Shown here: one piece after another, positions 16,631-34,430 of the stretch | Layout: each line of letters begins with the position of its first letter | Position numbering within the stretch: position 1 is the first letter of the stretch | From: the human T2T-CHM13v2.0 reference genome, Homo sapiens | Strand: one strand, 5' to 3' | DNA: 64,000 nt | NCBI RefSeq assembly: GCF_009914755.1 | Contig: NC_060941.1 | Notes under the pieces: model-generated | Databases searched by the model: none | The model's input: only the letters and a program-made list of their open reading frames with translations | What the model was told of the DNA's origin: nothing | Program-made: the position numbers and the translations under genes

Positions 16631-16919
16631 TCTGTCTCTTCGGGACCCTCAAGTGGCCCCTCCAGGCCCCCATCTCCCATAGACAGTCTTTCCTTTCCAA
16701 GTCACTTCTCTGAAACTTGCCCTGCCTGACTTGTCTGCCTCTAACCATTTCTATTCTGGGGCTGCTCAGTGAATTTTGCCTTCTCTCGGAAATCTGCGTG
16801 CATGCTTCCTGCCTCTGCTTCAGACAGGGGCTTCCTGAGAGCAAGATCTGTGTCCCTCCCTCAGGCTGGGGCAACCCCAAGGCTAGGGCCTGGGTGAGTC
16901 ATACTGAGCCCATCTCTCC

Positions 16920-17880
<961 letters not shown>

Positions 17881-18194
17881 ATCTCCCCAGAGGGCATTTC
17901 CTGTGTTCTGAGGCCCATGCTTACTTTGCAGATCAGACCAGTCCAGTGATGTCACAATGTCTTCACAAGACTATACATCCAACAGTGGAGCCCGCATCTG
18001 AACAAGGAAAATTAATTTTACAAGCCCAAGGCCAAAAACCTGCCTGTAGTCCCCAGATGCCACCCCCATTCTCAGTAAGCTGCTTGTCCTTTTTGTGAGC
18101 AGTGATCCCACATAACATGTCTGTCGTGACAAGTGTGGGGACTGTGTGTGGATGGAACAGAGGAGCACAGCGATAAGGGCAGGAGCTCTTTGAA

Positions 18195-18868
<674 letters not shown>

Positions 18869-19107
18869 ATCAGCTGTTATTAACACATAGTGTGTCTGTC
18901 TCTTGCAGCTTGTGAGTGAAGTCTGTCACCCTGTGTGTCTGTCATGATGTACCTGGGTCACTGCAAATGTCTGTTACCCCATCGTTTGTTGAGGTGAATC
19001 TATGTCACTCACTCTGTGTGCATGTCGTAGTGTAGCTGTGCCATAGTGTGGGTGTCATTGTGCCCAGACCATGAAATGAGACTGTCACTGAACATCTGAG
19101 ACTCACT

Positions 19108-19862
19108 ATGTGATATTGGTTGAATTATGTCCCCCAAAATTCAATATGTTGACATCCTAATCCCCAGCACTTCCAGAATATGACCTTATTTGGAAATAGG
19201 GTCGTTGCAGATGCTATTAAGATAAGGCCAGACTGGTATAGGGTGGGCCCGTAATCCAATATACATGACTGGTGTCCTTATGAAAAGGTGAAATTGACTG
19301 GGCGCAGTGGCTCACGCCTGTAATCCCAGCACTTTGGGAGGCCGAGGTGGGTGGATCACGAGATCAGGAGTTCAAGACCAGCCTGGCCAACATGGTGAAA
19401 CTCTGTCTCCACTAAAAATACAAAAAAATTAGCCGGGCGCGGTGGTGGGTGCCTGTAATCCCAGGTACTCAGGAGGCTGAGGCAAGAGAATTGCTTGAAC
19501 CTGGGAGGCAGAGGTTGCAGTGAGTCGAGATCGTGCCATGGCACTCAAGCCTAGGTAACAGAGCAAGACTCCGTCTCAGAAAAAAAAAAAAGAGAGAGAG
19601 ACAGGGTCTTGCTCTGTTGCCCAGGCTGAAGTGGAGCAGTGTGATCATAGCTCACTGTAACCTCAAACACTTGGGCTGAATAGATCCTCCAGCCTCGGGC
19701 TCCCAAAGTGCTGGGATCACAGTTATGAGCCACTGCGCCCAGCCTTGCTGACACATATTGATCTTGGACTTTTAGGATCCAGAACTGAGACAATAAACTT
19801 CTACTGTTTAAGTGCCACCCAGCCTGTGGCACTTTGTTATGGGAGCCCTAACAAACTAACGC
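19108..19862 (+). mobile_element. MLT1 (C-like) MaLR LTR interrupted by Alus (19296-19592 +, 19597-19744 -)
   Basis: GAATTATGTCCCCCAAAATTC, TTATTTGGAAATAGGGTC and CCAGAACTGAGACAATAAA motifs. Confidence 0.8.
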
Positions 19863-22109
19863 GCCATAGATCTCACCCTGGTGTGGTCATAAGTGCTTGG
19901 TGATTTGATGGTCCAAACCCTGCGGCTAGGGTTTGGATGTTGTGGCTGGGCGGCAGTCCCACAGATAGCCTCCAGGTGGCGCAGCAAACATCCAGTGGGA
20001 AGGTAGGTGAAGACTCCGTACCCCCTGGGCATGACAGACCCCAGTCCCCACACTCAAGGGGCAATGCAGCTGTCTCCTGGAGCCACACCACGGGTCCAGG
20101 GTATAGCTCTTCCCACAGAGGGCACACTGGAGGTCACTGCCATTGTGAGAAGGCCCCATTACTGCATGGAGCCCCCCACCAATATTTTGCACCTTCTCAC
20201 CTCTAGATGGAGGTCATCACAGCGACTCTCCTGCCTCTCCATGTCCTCCCCAACTCTCCCAGCAGGAGGAGGCAGGAAGAAGGTCTTAGGTGCAAGTGTT
20301 GGTGGGGGGAGAGGTCCCATTCCCCGGGTGGAGGCTTCAGAGGAATGAGATTTTCCTGGCCATGCCAAGGAGAGCTGCCTGCCCCGCCAGCATGGGGACA
20401 GGGGTATTTTGAAATCTCAGTGCAATTTATGACAGGCGGGCCGGGGACATCGCCCAAGAGAGCAAATATCTGCCACACAGCTGATTAAACCTCTGTGATA
20501 TATAGCCTCTGGGCTCACGGGGCCGCCTGGATTCTGGGCTAATTGTGTTCCCCCCAGCCAGGCTGCTGGGCCTGCTGCAGCCTGCCCTGCCTGACCCAGC
20601 CTTCCCAGCTGTTCCCTTAGGAGCCACACTGCCCCAGCTAAGCTAGGGGAGCCCAGTCAGAAAGTGTGGACGGGTGGGCAGTGACGGGGGCACACAGGTC
20701 TGTCTAACCCTGCCCTGAGCATCGGCAGCTCGGCATCCCCAACCCTGGCCCCTACTCAGAGCCAGCATGACCCACGCTAGCAGGACCTACACTTGGACAG
20801 GACCTAGTCCACATGCTGCCTTAAGCAGATGGGGAAACTGAGTTCCAGAGCAGGGCAGTGGACTTGCTTCAAAGCAAATGGAAAGACGATGCATGAGCTG
20901 ATTATAGAGGCTTCCCTGTCTTTCTCTTCGCCCCCCAGCTGCTTACGTCACATCTTCTTTATGAAATAACAACCCCATTTATTGAGGGCTTACTGTGGGC
21001 CAGGTGTTTGACAAAAAGGGTCTTTTTTCTTTTTTGGAGGGGATAGGGTTTGACTACGTTTCCCAGGCTCCAGGCTGGCCTCAAACTTGTAGGGATCAAG
21101 TGAACCTCCTGCCCCAGCCTCCCAAGTAGCTGGGATTACCGGCATGTGCCACCATGCCCAAACAGGATCTCTCTTAAACTTCACAATTCCATGAGATGAG
21201 CACCATTATTAACCTGTTATCCCACTGCATAGATTAGAGAACAGGCTTTGGGAGGTTCTGTGGCTGGACCTGGACCTATGCTTGTCTGACTCAAAGCCCA
21301 AGTCCTTACCCACTGCCCCATCCCACCTCTCCTTAAAGCCTGCCAAATCCTGACCTGAACTGATGGGTGGGGAGGGGGCCACAGATTCAGAGAAGGGCTC
21401 TGGGGAGGGGCAGGGTTGTGCAGCCTCTATCAGGCCCTGTGCCTCGCAGAGACGGGCTACACCCTGGGTAGAAAGAGGTGGGGCCAGAGCCAAAGAGGTG
21501 GGGAGGAAGGACAAGGGGAAAGCAGAGAAAAAGCGTGTATGTACCCATCCATCTGTCTGTCTGTCTGTCTGGGATTTCTACAGGAAGCTGGTTAAATCTC
21601 CCTCTGTTCCCTGTCTTCCCTGAGAGATGGGCTGAGGCTGCTGCAGAGAGGGTAGGGGTTGGGCCCTGGGAGGGAGCCACCCACTTGGAGGCAGGCTCAC
21701 ACTACCTGTGCTGGAGAGCTGTGTAGCCCAGTTTCTGTCTGCCTGTCTGCCTGTGTGTCCATCAATGTGGAGCTGGGGGGTGGGTTGGGGGGAGCACGCA
21801 GGCAGGGCTCTGGGGTCCCATCTCCACCACTTCTGGTTGGGTGACAAATGCACGTGAGGTCCCTGGGTTTCCATGGGGTCCTTGGCCACCGTGAGGTGAT
21901 GAGATTCCCTGCCTGTCCATCCAGAGAGGGCTGAATGGAGGGGACTGTGGAGGCCAGAAAACAGGCAGCAGACAGTTGTTTCTGCTGCAGCCTGGGAAAG
22001 GAGTCCTCCAGAAAAGGCTGCTTCTCCTAAAGAGGTAACCGGAGAGGAAGGTTCGAGACCTGTCCCCAGCCTTTGGCAGAGCATGAAGGGTTCCCTCCTC
22101 AAACCCTTA

Positions 22110-22880
<771 letters not shown>

Positions 22881-24859
22881 TAAGAGAGGGGATTGGGCTC
22901 CTAGGTCCTTTGCAGGCTGAATTGCAGTGGCCACACAGAGCCGCTACTGCTAAGGTGGAAGGCAGTGGAGGCCAAGGTATATGATTCTGCCTTAGCCTGG
23001 GAGAAAGGCAGGGTGGGTGCACCTGGTGGCAAGCGCCTGTTGTCCCTGGAGCACAACAGAAACATCGCCTCCATGAATCCTCAGAACAATCCTGCGAGGC
23101 TTGACACATGAGGCAACTGAGGCTCAGCATCACAAAGAGAGGCAAGTAGGTAGGGCCAGGTCTCCTCCATTCTATGAGGCAAAGGCAGGGGGTGAGGACC
23201 CTGGCAGGCCCCATCCCAGTCATTCATGGGGTCACAGGCAGGAGTGTGGGATCCTGGCCCTCCCTACCAGCCCAGCTGCAGAGAGAAGCACCTGGAAGAA
23301 GAGAAGCCTCATCTGTTCCTGTCCTAGCAGAGTGCAAGCCCTCCTGGGCCTGGGTACCCGCTGAGTGTCCCTGAGGGGCCGTCAATGAGCATTTTGGCTT
23401 CTCCACCCTGCCACCTCCCCACTGCCCTCTCCCAGCACTGACACCTCCCCAGGGCGAGGAAGGGGAAACAGCCCTCTTTAGTGGTGTGGCCACCACAGAG
23501 TGGCACCCATCCCAGCTATTCCATGGGCCCAGGGAGCTGGGGTCACCCAGGGCCACACCCTGAGATCCCCTCAGAGGATCCAGAGGAGTCACCTGCGCCA
23601 GACCCCAGCACATACACCCCTGCTTTGCCAGAACAGGAGGCCCGGGGGCTAGGCAACAGCTGCTCCAGGTGCCAGGTGAGGGGTTCCGCTGGACACACCC
23701 AAGGCACCATGTCTGTCTTCCCATCTGAAGTGGTGACAGAGGAAGCCTGTCGCCTTCCCCTGGGGCCTTCTGGGTGCTGGAGATTTCAGGAGTGAGCTGC
23801 TGAAAGCCAACACTCCAGCTCCAAGGGAGGGAGAGAGGGCACAGGAGGTGAAGGAGCAGTATGGTCCAGAGATGAAGTCACTGTCCCCCACCGCCTCCCC
23901 TCCCTGGTCTGCTCTGTCCTCACCCCCAGTTGTCTGCATCCTCCAGAGGGCCTCAGTCCCTCCTGACACCCCCAAAGACAGGGGCTGGCTCTGCTGGCCA
24001 CTGACACTCCCCCAAAGACCCCTACCCTCAGGAAGGAAGTCCTTCTTGCTGTCTAACCTGCATCTCTCCTTGCAGGGTCCATAGTGGCAACACAGAGCAG
24101 CTGCTTGTAAGGTGGGATGGTTGTCTCCATACCCCCTGTCCTTGCCTCTGCTGCCAGGCAAAGCCCAGGAAATCTGACCTATTGCCCTGTTCACACTCAG
24201 CAGGCAGAGGAGACCCGCCGGCCCCATGCCCCCTCCTAGGAGCACCAGGGCTCAGGATCCTGGCACAGCCCGGGTTTATCTCCTGCCTGCTCTCCTGCTC
24301 TCCCTGCCCAATCCCATAGGACCCAGAAGGGGAGCTCCCTCAAACCCCACTCCCTGCTTTCCACTAGTCACCACGTCCAAGTCAGGGCAGGAGCCTAAGT
24401 CCTGGAAGCCAGAAGGAGGAGGGTTGGGAGCTCCTGGGACTGTTCCTGAGTTGTGGGTGGGGGCAGAGTGTTCTGGCCAGGGGCCCCCCCATGCCCCTTG
24501 CTGAAGCTGAGACATTCTGCACGTTGGGGGTAGGAAGGGGCGGGACAGGAAGTCCTCCAATGACTGTGAATGAGGTGGAGGGTGGGGGAGCAGGAGTACT
24601 TTTTGCACTCCCCAAAAGATAATTGTTGCTCTTCCCTCCCCTACCCCTTCCCTTCTATTCCATCTCAGTGTTGATAGGGGTGGATCAACTTTTGGATTCT
24701 CTAAACTTCTTAAGAAAAGACGGTGGGTTATCTGGTCGCGCCCCCTATCTCCGGAGAATGGTCCTCTCCTTAGGGTGGGTGGGAGTAGAGGGGGAGTCTC
24801 ACCCTGTACTCCCTCTCTCCCCCTAATGGGAGCTGGAAGTCCTTCTTGCCATCACCCTT

Positions 24860-25500
24860 GGTGTCCTCCTCGCGACCTCAGTTTCCGGTTAAGTTGCGGT
24901 TCTTTCCCGGTCACCAGGCAAGAAGGGTCTCCGCCGCTGCCCCCAGCCCTGCAGAACCACCTAAGTGCTGAGCACGCGGCGGGCCCCCTCCCGCCGGCTC
25001 TGCCCCCGCGGCGCGTGGGTCCGGGATGGGCGGCGGGGAGTGCGGGCCCGAGTCCGGCGCCCGCGCCTACCTGGAGAGCGCTCCGGACAAACCCGGCTGC
25101 GTCCAGCCGCTCGCGGCCACCCGGGGCGGTCCTGAGTCGCAGCTCCCGGCCCCGCGCTCTCCCGGGACAGCCACAGCGTCTCCGAGCCCGCCCCCGGGCG
25201 GCCCGACGGGAGCAGGTGCCAGGAGCCGCGCCGCCCCCGCCGGCCCAGGACAGCCTTGGCGGGAGAGGGGCTCAGCGGTGGGGCTCCCCGGGTGGGAGGA
25301 AGAGAGGGGAGACTCGGAGGCTCTCCTGGCTGAAGAGCTGCGCGCACGGGTGAGTATCCCGCCTACCCCGGCTGACCAGGCCCAGCGTACCTGAGGGCTC
25401 CCAAGGTGTCCCAGAGCTCAGGGAAGGGGACCCCAAACTGGCTGCCTTCCCCCACCCCCTGTCAGCACCACCTTCCGCCCCCGGCCGCTACCTCTGGCAA
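24860..25500. promoter_or_regulatory. Orphan intronic CpG island (alternative promoter/enhancer candidate)
   Basis: Dense CpG and GC boxes; no coding homology. Confidence 0.75.
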
Positions 25501-25664
25501 GCAGGCCCCTCTTTTGCAAGGAAACTCAGGGAGTGGGAGGAAGTTGACATTCATGGACCACCTGCTGGGTGCCAGGGGGATCACACTGAAACCTCAGAAC
25601 CACTCTGCCCAGAGCGGTGCAGTTCCCCATTTTACAGACCAGGAAAAGAAAGATTGGGGACTTA

Positions 25665-25984
<320 letters not shown>

Positions 25985-26850
25985 TCACACAGGAAGTGGG
26001 CACCAAATGGGAGACTCCAGGCTGCTCCTAGGCACTGTCTCTGGAGGTCAGGGGAGACAGCCAGAGTCTGCTGGGGAGACTTCACCAGTGTGTGTGGCTG
26101 AGAGTCCTTTCTGATTCCTCCCAGGGAATCAAAGCACAGGGTCCAGCACACAGTGGGCACACACAGGGGCATGGAGCCAACCAGGAAGAGCAGGAGGCAG
26201 GGGCTGGTGGCACGACCTCCTAAGAGCACTGTCACCATTCTGTTGTTGGAGAAGCAATAACAGGGCAAGAGAGCAAGAAAGAGCCAAGGAAAGCGGACAC
26301 AGAGGGCTCTTGCAGCCAAAGAAGAAGTGGCGGTGCCATTTACCTGCCTGGCACTGGGGCAGGCCTACTGGGGACCAGGCCACACAGAGAGGAGGCCCCA
26401 TGGTGGGGAGCCTCAGGGATGCCTCACCCACGGTGCCACCAAGTCTCCTAGCACTTCCTGGTTCACCAACCACCAACTCACCCCTGCCTTGGGCCTTGCC
26501 CCTGCTCTCCCCTCAGTCTGGAACATCCTCCCAACATTCACAGAGATACCTCCTTGTCACTCAGGCCCCAGCTCAAATGTTACCTCCCCAGGAGCCCCTT
26601 TCCCCAGCTTCATCACTCTTAGTCTCAGACTCAGTTTACCACCCTCTTAGGGTATCTCTCAGGTTGTAATTCTTTTGTTTGCACCCTGACCTGTCTCCCC
26701 CATGAGGGCAGGGCCCTTATTTCCCAGCTATCCACAACACCAGTGCAAAGCTTACTGCATACTTAATAGATGCTCAATAAATAGTTGTTGAATGAATAAT
26801 AAATGCATTTCCACTTTTAAGATAAATCCACATTAAATTGTACATTTTAA

Positions 26851-27197
<347 letters not shown>

Positions 27198-27349
27198 AAA
27201 GATGTTTTTAAAAAGTAAATCCAGGGTGAGGAGGACAGTCGTGGTATACCATATGTACCTCACTATCCCACAGCACACGCATCCTCTAACTTAATCCGGT
27301 CACACTGATCTCCATCACAGTCCACATCCTGTGGCTGTCCACGGAGAAT

Positions 27350-27700
27350 TGCAGTTGTTCAGACTTGGAAGGGATCTTAGAGGTCATCCCATCTCTTTTG
27401 TAGCAGCTTTGACAAGGTATCCTCTGGCCTCTGCCTGAACATGCCAATGATGGGGAGATCACTACCTAACAAGATGGCCCATTCCACTATGCTAACGTTA
27501 ATTAAAATGGGGGGTTGGAACCTGTTTCCCTATAATGCTTGCATAATGGTCGTAGATCTGCTGCCTGGTAACACAGAAAACGTGCACTCCACCTTCCACA
27601 GCCAGAGAAACACAGCAGGCAGTTTCTTCCTAAAGGGGCTCTTCTCCCAGCTAAAGAGACCCATTTGCCTCAGCTATTCTTCCCCTGACATGGTCACCTC
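27350..27700 (-). mobile_element. L3/CR1 ancient LINE fragment (probably continuing at ~28400-28620)
   Basis: TTGGAAGGGATCTTAGAGGTCATC and GATGGGGAGATCACTACCT motifs typical of antisense CR1. Confidence 0.55.
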
Positions 27701-27916
27701 CTCCAGGAAGCCTTTGAAGATGTGCCTCCCCCTTGTATGTGCTCCCAGGGCACCTTGTATGAGACCCTAACACTGCCCTTATCACACTGTATTAATTAAA
27801 CTGTCTCTCCCAAACCCTGCTTTGGTTACCCAACTATACTGAGCGCTCCTCCCCCAGGGTAGTTCTGGGCCTTCATTCATTTCTTTTGCCTGGTACCTTG
27901 CATGGTGACCAACTGA

Positions 27917-29155
<1,239 letters not shown>

Positions 29156-31570
29156 AAGGGGAGGCTCTGAGAAGTTAACTTACCTGCCCAAGGTCACACA
29201 GCTAGAAAGGGGCAGAGTGGGGATTTGGACCCCATTGGATGACTCCAAAGCATAGGGTGTCTCTTTCCTTTATACCATGGTGCTTCTAAAGGCCTTATCC
29301 CAATATGCCCAGTAACTTTTTTCCTACAAAGGTGGGGTGAAGAGGAAGAACAAATGAAAAAGCTCTTCCTGGTAATGGAGAGCTGGGGGTGTGAGGTGGT
29401 GCTAGCCCTTCCTGGTCCACCTTCCACTTGCCCAGTGAGGGATTCAGGCCCCTTAAATATTGCCCTCCCCACTCCAGAAAATGACGCTTAGTCTAAATAA
29501 AGCCTCTGAGTCTCCAGTTTGACTATTCCAGCTCTCACTACTGGCCAGTCTTATCCACTGTCTCCTCTTCCTCTGTTTTGTCTGTGGATGACTCTTCAGC
29601 CCTAGAACAGTGCCTGACACACAGAAAGTAACAAAGACATATTGCTGGATTTGAGGAATGAACCAACTCTCACTGTAGGTGCAAAGAGAAATGGATCAGG
29701 CACCTTGCTCTGACTGTGTGAGTTTAGGCAAGTTACTTCCCCTCTCTGAGCTTCAGTTTCCTTATCTCTAAAACAGGGCAATTAACAGGTAACGGTGTAG
29801 AGGATGGTGTGACATCATGCCTGCAAAGTACCCCATATAATATGTGCCCAACTAATAGTAGGGGCATTATTAATTAGGTGTTGCTGGTCCCGGCTTTAGA
29901 GAGAGGGACATTGAGGCTCAGAGAGGTGAAGGAACTTATGCAACCCTCAACATTACACAGCTTGGAAGAGGCCCATACCGAACAGCAGCTGATGGGCCTG
30001 GATTTAAGGCTGTGCCCTTTTTCTTGCTCCTGGGGCCTTTCCCAAATGTTCAATAAGTAACATTTCTACTACAAAGATAAGAGGTGGTTAAAAGAATTGT
30101 TCATAATAATAACACTAAGGGCCCCAGCTGAAGCAAAGCCTGTAACAAAGGGACTCAGGCAAGGAGCAGAGACCCCGGCCCAGCCAGCAGCTTCCCTGCT
30201 CGGCCCACAGCCCAGACTGGGGCTAGGACGGGTGGCGTCATTCTGGACTCCTGGGCTCTAGGAGGGTGGGAGAGGCCCCAACAGTGGGTAGGCCTGTCCC
30301 ACCCCACCCATCATGGGTTCTTTCTGCCCCCACTGAAAGGGCAGACTCTCTAGTGGCTTGAACAAGTCCACTGTGACCCCTCCCCCCACATTTTGCCTCC
30401 TAAAATAGCCCAGAGCCACCATGTGCCCAGGGCGGCTCCCCACTGGTTGCAAATCCCCCTGAAATCAAATCCCCATCCTGCCCCAAGGAGGACGGCACCA
30501 CCTCCTGCCACTGCTGGGCTCCAGCGCCAGCCAGGCTCCCCCAGTGGAAACCGGGACAGTTGTCCTTCACAGTGACCGGGACATAAATCCCCAAATAATG
30601 AGACAGGCACTGGGAACACAGAACCAGACACAGTGCTAATTGGTTTGCTTCTGGGCAGAGATGATGTGGAGACAACAGTAACAGGCCTCAGTTTCCCTGG
30701 CGGTGTATTGGGGTGGGGGGATGCAAGGGCCAGGGATCCCTGGCTGGGCTGATTTTCTACGCCTTCTGACTGGCCTCACAACCTACTAACCAGTCGCACT
30801 TTTTAGGATATTAAATTCCCAGATGTAAAAGGAAAGGGCTGGGGTCTCCTGGTCCAGGTCCTGAGGTAGGAAGCCTAGAATCTCTACCATGATCCAGAAA
30901 CACCTTCTTTCCATTAAGAAAAAAAAAAAAATTCAACCAACACTCAGATCCTTCCCAGTATGCATGGGGACTGGGGGAGCAGGGAGGCGGGGAACCCAGT
31001 GCAACCTCCCTGCTCCTCATGTGAGGTTGGTAATGGATTCTTGGACAAGCCCAAGGACCTCAGTTTGCAGTAATCAGGATGAGATTATCACATTAAACTT
31101 TCAAAGTCTTTGCTCAAAAAGAAGCAGCAGCAGCTGACACCCTTGACTCCCCCGACTTTCCCACTGTCACCTTCTCCTGGACCATGACCAGATGAGCTCC
31201 AGATACAGGCCACGTGGAGGCTCCACTGCACTGGGGCAGAGGCAGGGGCATGGACAGGATGATCTCCCTGGGGGTGGCCTCAGGGTTGTGGTAAGATGGA
31301 AGGGGGAGGAGGTGGGGGAGAGAGGTGAGCATGTGTGTCTGCGGGTGTAATTTGGAGGGACTGCGGGGAACTGGAGTAACTTGAAGTCAGGCAAATGTGT
31401 TTACGTTGCAACTTCGCCACTAATCGTGTGACTGGGAACTTGTCCCTTCTCTTCACATCTTAGTTTCCTGTCTGTAAAATGGAGATAATGGTAACAACAA
31501 TGCCTAATAATAACTCCTCTGACTCAAGGCTGATGTCTGAGAAGATTAAATAAGATAACAGAATATACTA

Positions 31571-31705
31571 GCCCGGCACGGTGGCTCATGCCTGTAATCT
31601 CGGCACCTTGGAAGGATGGAAGGACCAGGTGGGTGGATTGCTTGAGCCCAGGAGTTTGAGACCAGCCTGAGAAACATGACAAAACCCTGTCTCGCAAAAA
31701 AAAAA

Positions 31706-31739
<34 letters not shown>

Positions 31740-32190
31740 CACACATATATGAACAAAAATTAGCTGGGCATGCTGGTGCACACCTGTAATCCCAACTACT
31801 GGGGAGACTGAGACGGGAGATTGAGGCTGCAGTGAGCCATGATCATGCCACTGCACTCCAGCCTGGGTGACAGTGAGACTCTGTCTCAAAAAAAAAAAAA
31901 AAAAAAATACTGACCAGGCACAGTGGCTCACGCCTGTAATCCCAGCACTTTGGGAGGCTGAGGCAGGAGGATCACTTGAGGCCAGGAGTTTGAGACTCTA
32001 TCTTTACAAAAAAAAAAAAAATTAGTTGACCATGGTGGTGCATGTCTGTAGTCCCAGCTGCTCAGGAGGCTGGGACAGGAGGATCATTTGGGCCCAGGAG
32101 TTGAAGACCACAGTGAGCTATTATTGTGATACTGCACTCCAGCCTGGGTGAAAGAGCAAGACTGTCTTCCCCCATCACCCCCCAAAAAAA
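31571..32190 (+). mobile_element. Two tandem AluJ; first has (TA)n in its linker
   Basis: Alu consensus; (TA)n at ~31705-31750. Confidence 0.9.
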
Positions 32191-33819
32191 AGAAAGAAGG
32201 AAAATGCCCTAAAACTGTAAAAGCCCACTGCGATGTGAGGGATGATGTCATTAGTTACAGCAGGAGGGATGGTGATAAGACCATAGAAAGAACTTCCTCA
32301 CAGCCTTGCGTTGGAAACTAATGGAGCAAAAAAAAAGAAAGAAGACAAACAGGCTTGGGTAGAATGCCAAAGATCTCATCAATGATCCACTCTCCCAACC
32401 CAGGGTGCCCATCCCCATGTCCAGGCTCCCCTCCTGCCCATCATCTTGCCTCCCAAGGCTGCCAGGCAGCCATCAATTTTTCCCAACTCAGAGCTCTATT
32501 CAGCTTGTATTTGTTGCCAACACAACAGAAATTATTTCAACCTCTTCATCCAGCTTGGCAGAGCTACCTGGGGTGTGTAGGAGAGGCCAGAGCTGGAAGA
32601 AAGGAGGCTGGAAATTGGGGTGTCCAACAGTGGGGTGGCCGTCTCTCCAGAATATTAGCTGCAATTGCAGCATTCTAGAAGGCAGTCAGCTTCCTGAGAG
32701 GACAGCCTTATACTGCCCCATGGAAGGGAAGGGAAAGCCTGAGGATCCAGGGGTCCTCACGGGGACCTTGGCCACCTTTCCTCTTACTTAAAGAGCTGCA
32801 TTCAGAAGGTGTTGGGAAGGAAAGGCCCTGACTACCAGCCAGGTTCAACCCTGTGGAAATTAAGATCTGTAAGTCTCCCTGACCCTCCCTTCATTTCCTG
32901 AAGCTTTTATTTAGTTTGTCCAGCAGGATCCTCCCATCCCAGCCCACTGATTCAGGCCTTGGGGTCCTGTCCTCCTCCTCAATATGAGAAACTAATCCTA
33001 ACCCATCCTAACCTCACAAGGATGGAGGCAGATTGAGGATGACACCAAGATTCCAGGGTCACCTGGGGTGGGGAAGGGAGAACCTCCAAGTCCATTGGCT
33101 GAGGGAGATGGTGGGGTATCCATGGTCCACCTTGCTGGCCAGGGAGCAGCTGCTGACCACATCAAAGTCCTCCTCTCAAATCGGTCCGGTGGGAGGAGGC
33201 ACAAAGCCGTTGCAGGCCATGAAGAAGGAGTCCTTTCAAAACCAGCTGAGAGGTTCCAAGAAACGCCCTGAGGACAGGCTGTGTCAACATGTCCTGTGCC
33301 CCCCAGGCCCACTGGTGCAGCTTCCAAGCAGCTTCCCACAGCAGGGCCACTCAGAGGCCTTGGCTGGAAGGCAGGGGAGGGTGAAGGACAGAGCATGAGC
33401 TCCAGGAGCCATCAGACCTTGGGCAAAGTCCTTACCTCTCTGATCTATAAAATGGACTCAGTAGTATATACCTCATGGGGTTGTTGGGAGAACCAAGAGG
33501 TGATATAGGGATAGCGTCTCCCTTTGTGCCTGGCACAGAGTAGGGGGTCGATAAATTCACTCAATAAACACTTATTGAACACCTACTATATGCCAGCCTG
33601 TCCACTCTATACCTTGGGATCTAGCAGTGAACGGAAGTCCAAAGGGCCCTCATGGAACTTGCAAATCTGGGTTAGGGGAAGAAGGATGGGCGCAGACAAT
33701 AAGCAGATAAACACATGAATCAGGATGGACGAGGGCTTGCAGAAGACCAGCACTCAGGAGGGGCCCCTCTGGAGGGGCTCTGTCAGACCTGGCTGACCTG
33801 AGGGATAGGCCTGCCTGAG

Positions 33820-34430
33820 GGTTTTTGGCCACAACCACTCACGGGAATCACCTGAGCAGCCTTGGAAAATTCTGATGTCCAAGCTCCGCCCCAGGGATTT
33901 TATTTTTTTGAGACAGAGTCTGACTCTGTCACCCAGGCTGGAATCCAGTGGTGCAATCTCTGCTCACTGAAACCTTCACCTCCTGGGTTCAAGTCATTCT
34001 CCTGCCTCAGCTGGGATTACAGGTGCCTGCCACCACGCCCAGTTAATTTTTATATTTTTAAAGTAGAGTCGGGGTTTCACCACGTTGACCAGGCTGGTCT
34101 CGAACTCCTGACCTCAGTGACCTGCTCGCCTCAGCCTTCCAAAGTGCTGGGATTACAGGCATGAGCCACCACGCCCAACCTCTACCCAGAGATTCTGATA
34201 GGCTTGGTCTGGGTGCAGCCTGAGACTGTAAAATTCTGCCCAGGTGATTGACATGCAGCCAACAGTGAAAGCCTCATGCCCAGCAGGCTTCCCAAGTACC
34301 TGGCTACAGGAGCACCACCTGAGGAGCTTGTCCGGCATCCTAGGCTGGGCTCCACCCCCAGGGGTTCAGATTCAGGAGCCTGGGGTGAGGCCCAGCATCA
34401 ACAGGTGCCCAGATTCTGAAGAGTTTCTAG
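33820..34430. mobile_element. MER5-family fossils, one interrupted by a minus-strand Alu (33899-34180)
   Basis: GAATCACCTG, CCCAGAGATTCTGAT, CCCAGGTGATT motifs. Confidence 0.65.
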
